In this document: in pieces, positions 6,150-7,000 of the stretch | Layout: every line of letters begins with the position of its first letter | Numbering within the stretch: the stretch's first letter is position 1 | Assembly: GCA_023515725.1 (NCBI GenBank) | Contig: JALDTO010000008.1 | Span: 1-7,000 of the forward strand | Origin: Amoeboaphelidium protococcarum X5 | Lineage: Eukaryota; Fungi; Aphelidiomycota | Direction of reading: 5' to 3' | DNA length: 7,000 nucleotides | Notes under the pieces: model-generated | What the model saw: the letters and a program-made list of their open reading frames with translations, nothing else | Databases searched by the model: none | What the model was told of the DNA's origin: nothing | Position numbers and translations under genes: made by a program

Positions 6150-7000
6150 TAAAACGTAGTAATGAAGACAAGTCTTCTACTTAGCTTCGTTGCCCTCATG
6201 TCTAGCTCAATTGCCCAATTAAACCTTTCTGATACACCGAGACACTGTTTATCATCCCTCTCGCAGTCTTGTGAGGCGACCTTGTGCTTGATCATCGAAC
6301 CCATTACGAATTTGTTTTGAAACTCTTTTCCATAATCAAGCACTCCAGTACGTGGGAGAATGTAAGAATGAAGCTCAATGGCATTTAGCTAACCAACTAT
6401 ATTGGTTAAGTCGAATGAGTTGCTAGTTATTTTGCCTGTGTAGATGACTACGCACAAAGCCTGATAACCAACGAAATGGGAAATTCATCTATTCGTATAC
6501 TGTACATCCATTTGCCTACATTCCTATTTTGCTGTTGGTCGTCTTCATACAAAGATTCTAAAGTAAATAAGGAATTGCACAAGGGAATGAGAATATTTGG
6601 CATACCTCTCCACTAGGTTTTGATGGTGCCAATAAATATTCAAATAATATACCTACTTACAATGTAGGTACCTACCTATTTCTTTTGTAGATATATATAT
6701 ATATTGCTGTTTTCTTATCGGAAAATTACATTTGAATATACCATTTTATGTTCTGTAGAATCTGCCACTCACATTAAAGCCAAGTTACCTTGGCGTTTCT
6801 GTGCTACTCAAAAATAAAGTGATTGGATTGGATGATTTTGTACCACCCTTTAACTTACCCAACGACATGTTAGCAATGTCAACTGTGGTACGGCCACTCT
6901 TCGCGCGGTCGTTGATAGCCCATCAGACACCTGCAATTGCCGCAGATAAAGTACATTAGCCTTAATAATCGCAAACTCTTATAGATACAATATCAGCTTA
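6150..7000 (-). other. Possible spliced minus-strand gene fragment(s) under table 6; structure unresolved
   Basis: Splice-like signals are present (CTAAT...TTGCAG near 6959-6931; TGG|GTAAGT near 6858). TGA-free segments include HFVGYQALCVVIYTGKITSNSFDLTNIVGQLNAIELHSYILPRTGVLDYGKEFQNKFVMGSMIKHK (about 6478-6280). No recognisable domain, and several frames are equally open. Confidence 0.25.
6637..6681 (-). repeat. Right copy of the 45-bp inverted repeat (partner at 183-227)
   Basis: TATTCAAATAATATACCTACTTACAATGTAGGTACCTACCTATTT is the reverse complement of 183-227 with 1 mismatch. It is followed by (AT)7 at 6691-6704. Confidence 0.9.

Noticed and set aside
5938-6171. 77-aa minus-strand ORF
   Set aside because: Antisense shadow of the ART-like gene.
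6691-6704. (AT)7 microsatellite as the TA target site of the large inverted-repeat element
   Set aside because: It is 9 bp away from the repeat end and has no matching counterpart immediately outside the left copy.

Overview
Eukaryotic genomic DNA that appears to use a non-standard nuclear code, with TAA/TAG read as Gln and TGA as the only stop (translation table 6). The supplied standard-code ORF track therefore misses a long minus-strand gene: a frame free of TGA for 648 codons (2070->127), probably an alpha-helical ARM/HEAT-like protein with short introns. Next to it is a head-to-head pair of toxin-like genes. One is a Crinkler (CRN/CR-effector)-type gene with a helical header, P-loop NTPase, PD-(D/E)xK restriction-endonuclease fold and HhH domain (5198->2842, one 1-nt frameshift). 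The other is a 200-aa R-S-E-class ADP-ribosyltransferase-like gene (5543->6145). Both almost completely avoid the TAR-Gln codons used by the neighbouring gene, suggesting a recently acquired or mobile cassette from a standard-code donor. Also present are a 185-bp MITE-like foldback with a TAAT duplication, a degenerate repeat tract, and a 45-bp inverted repeat pair about 6.5 kb apart. An aphelid such as Amoeboaphelidium protococcarum (known TAR=Gln) is my best guess for the host, by inference only. All translations and counts were done by hand; no database searches were run.
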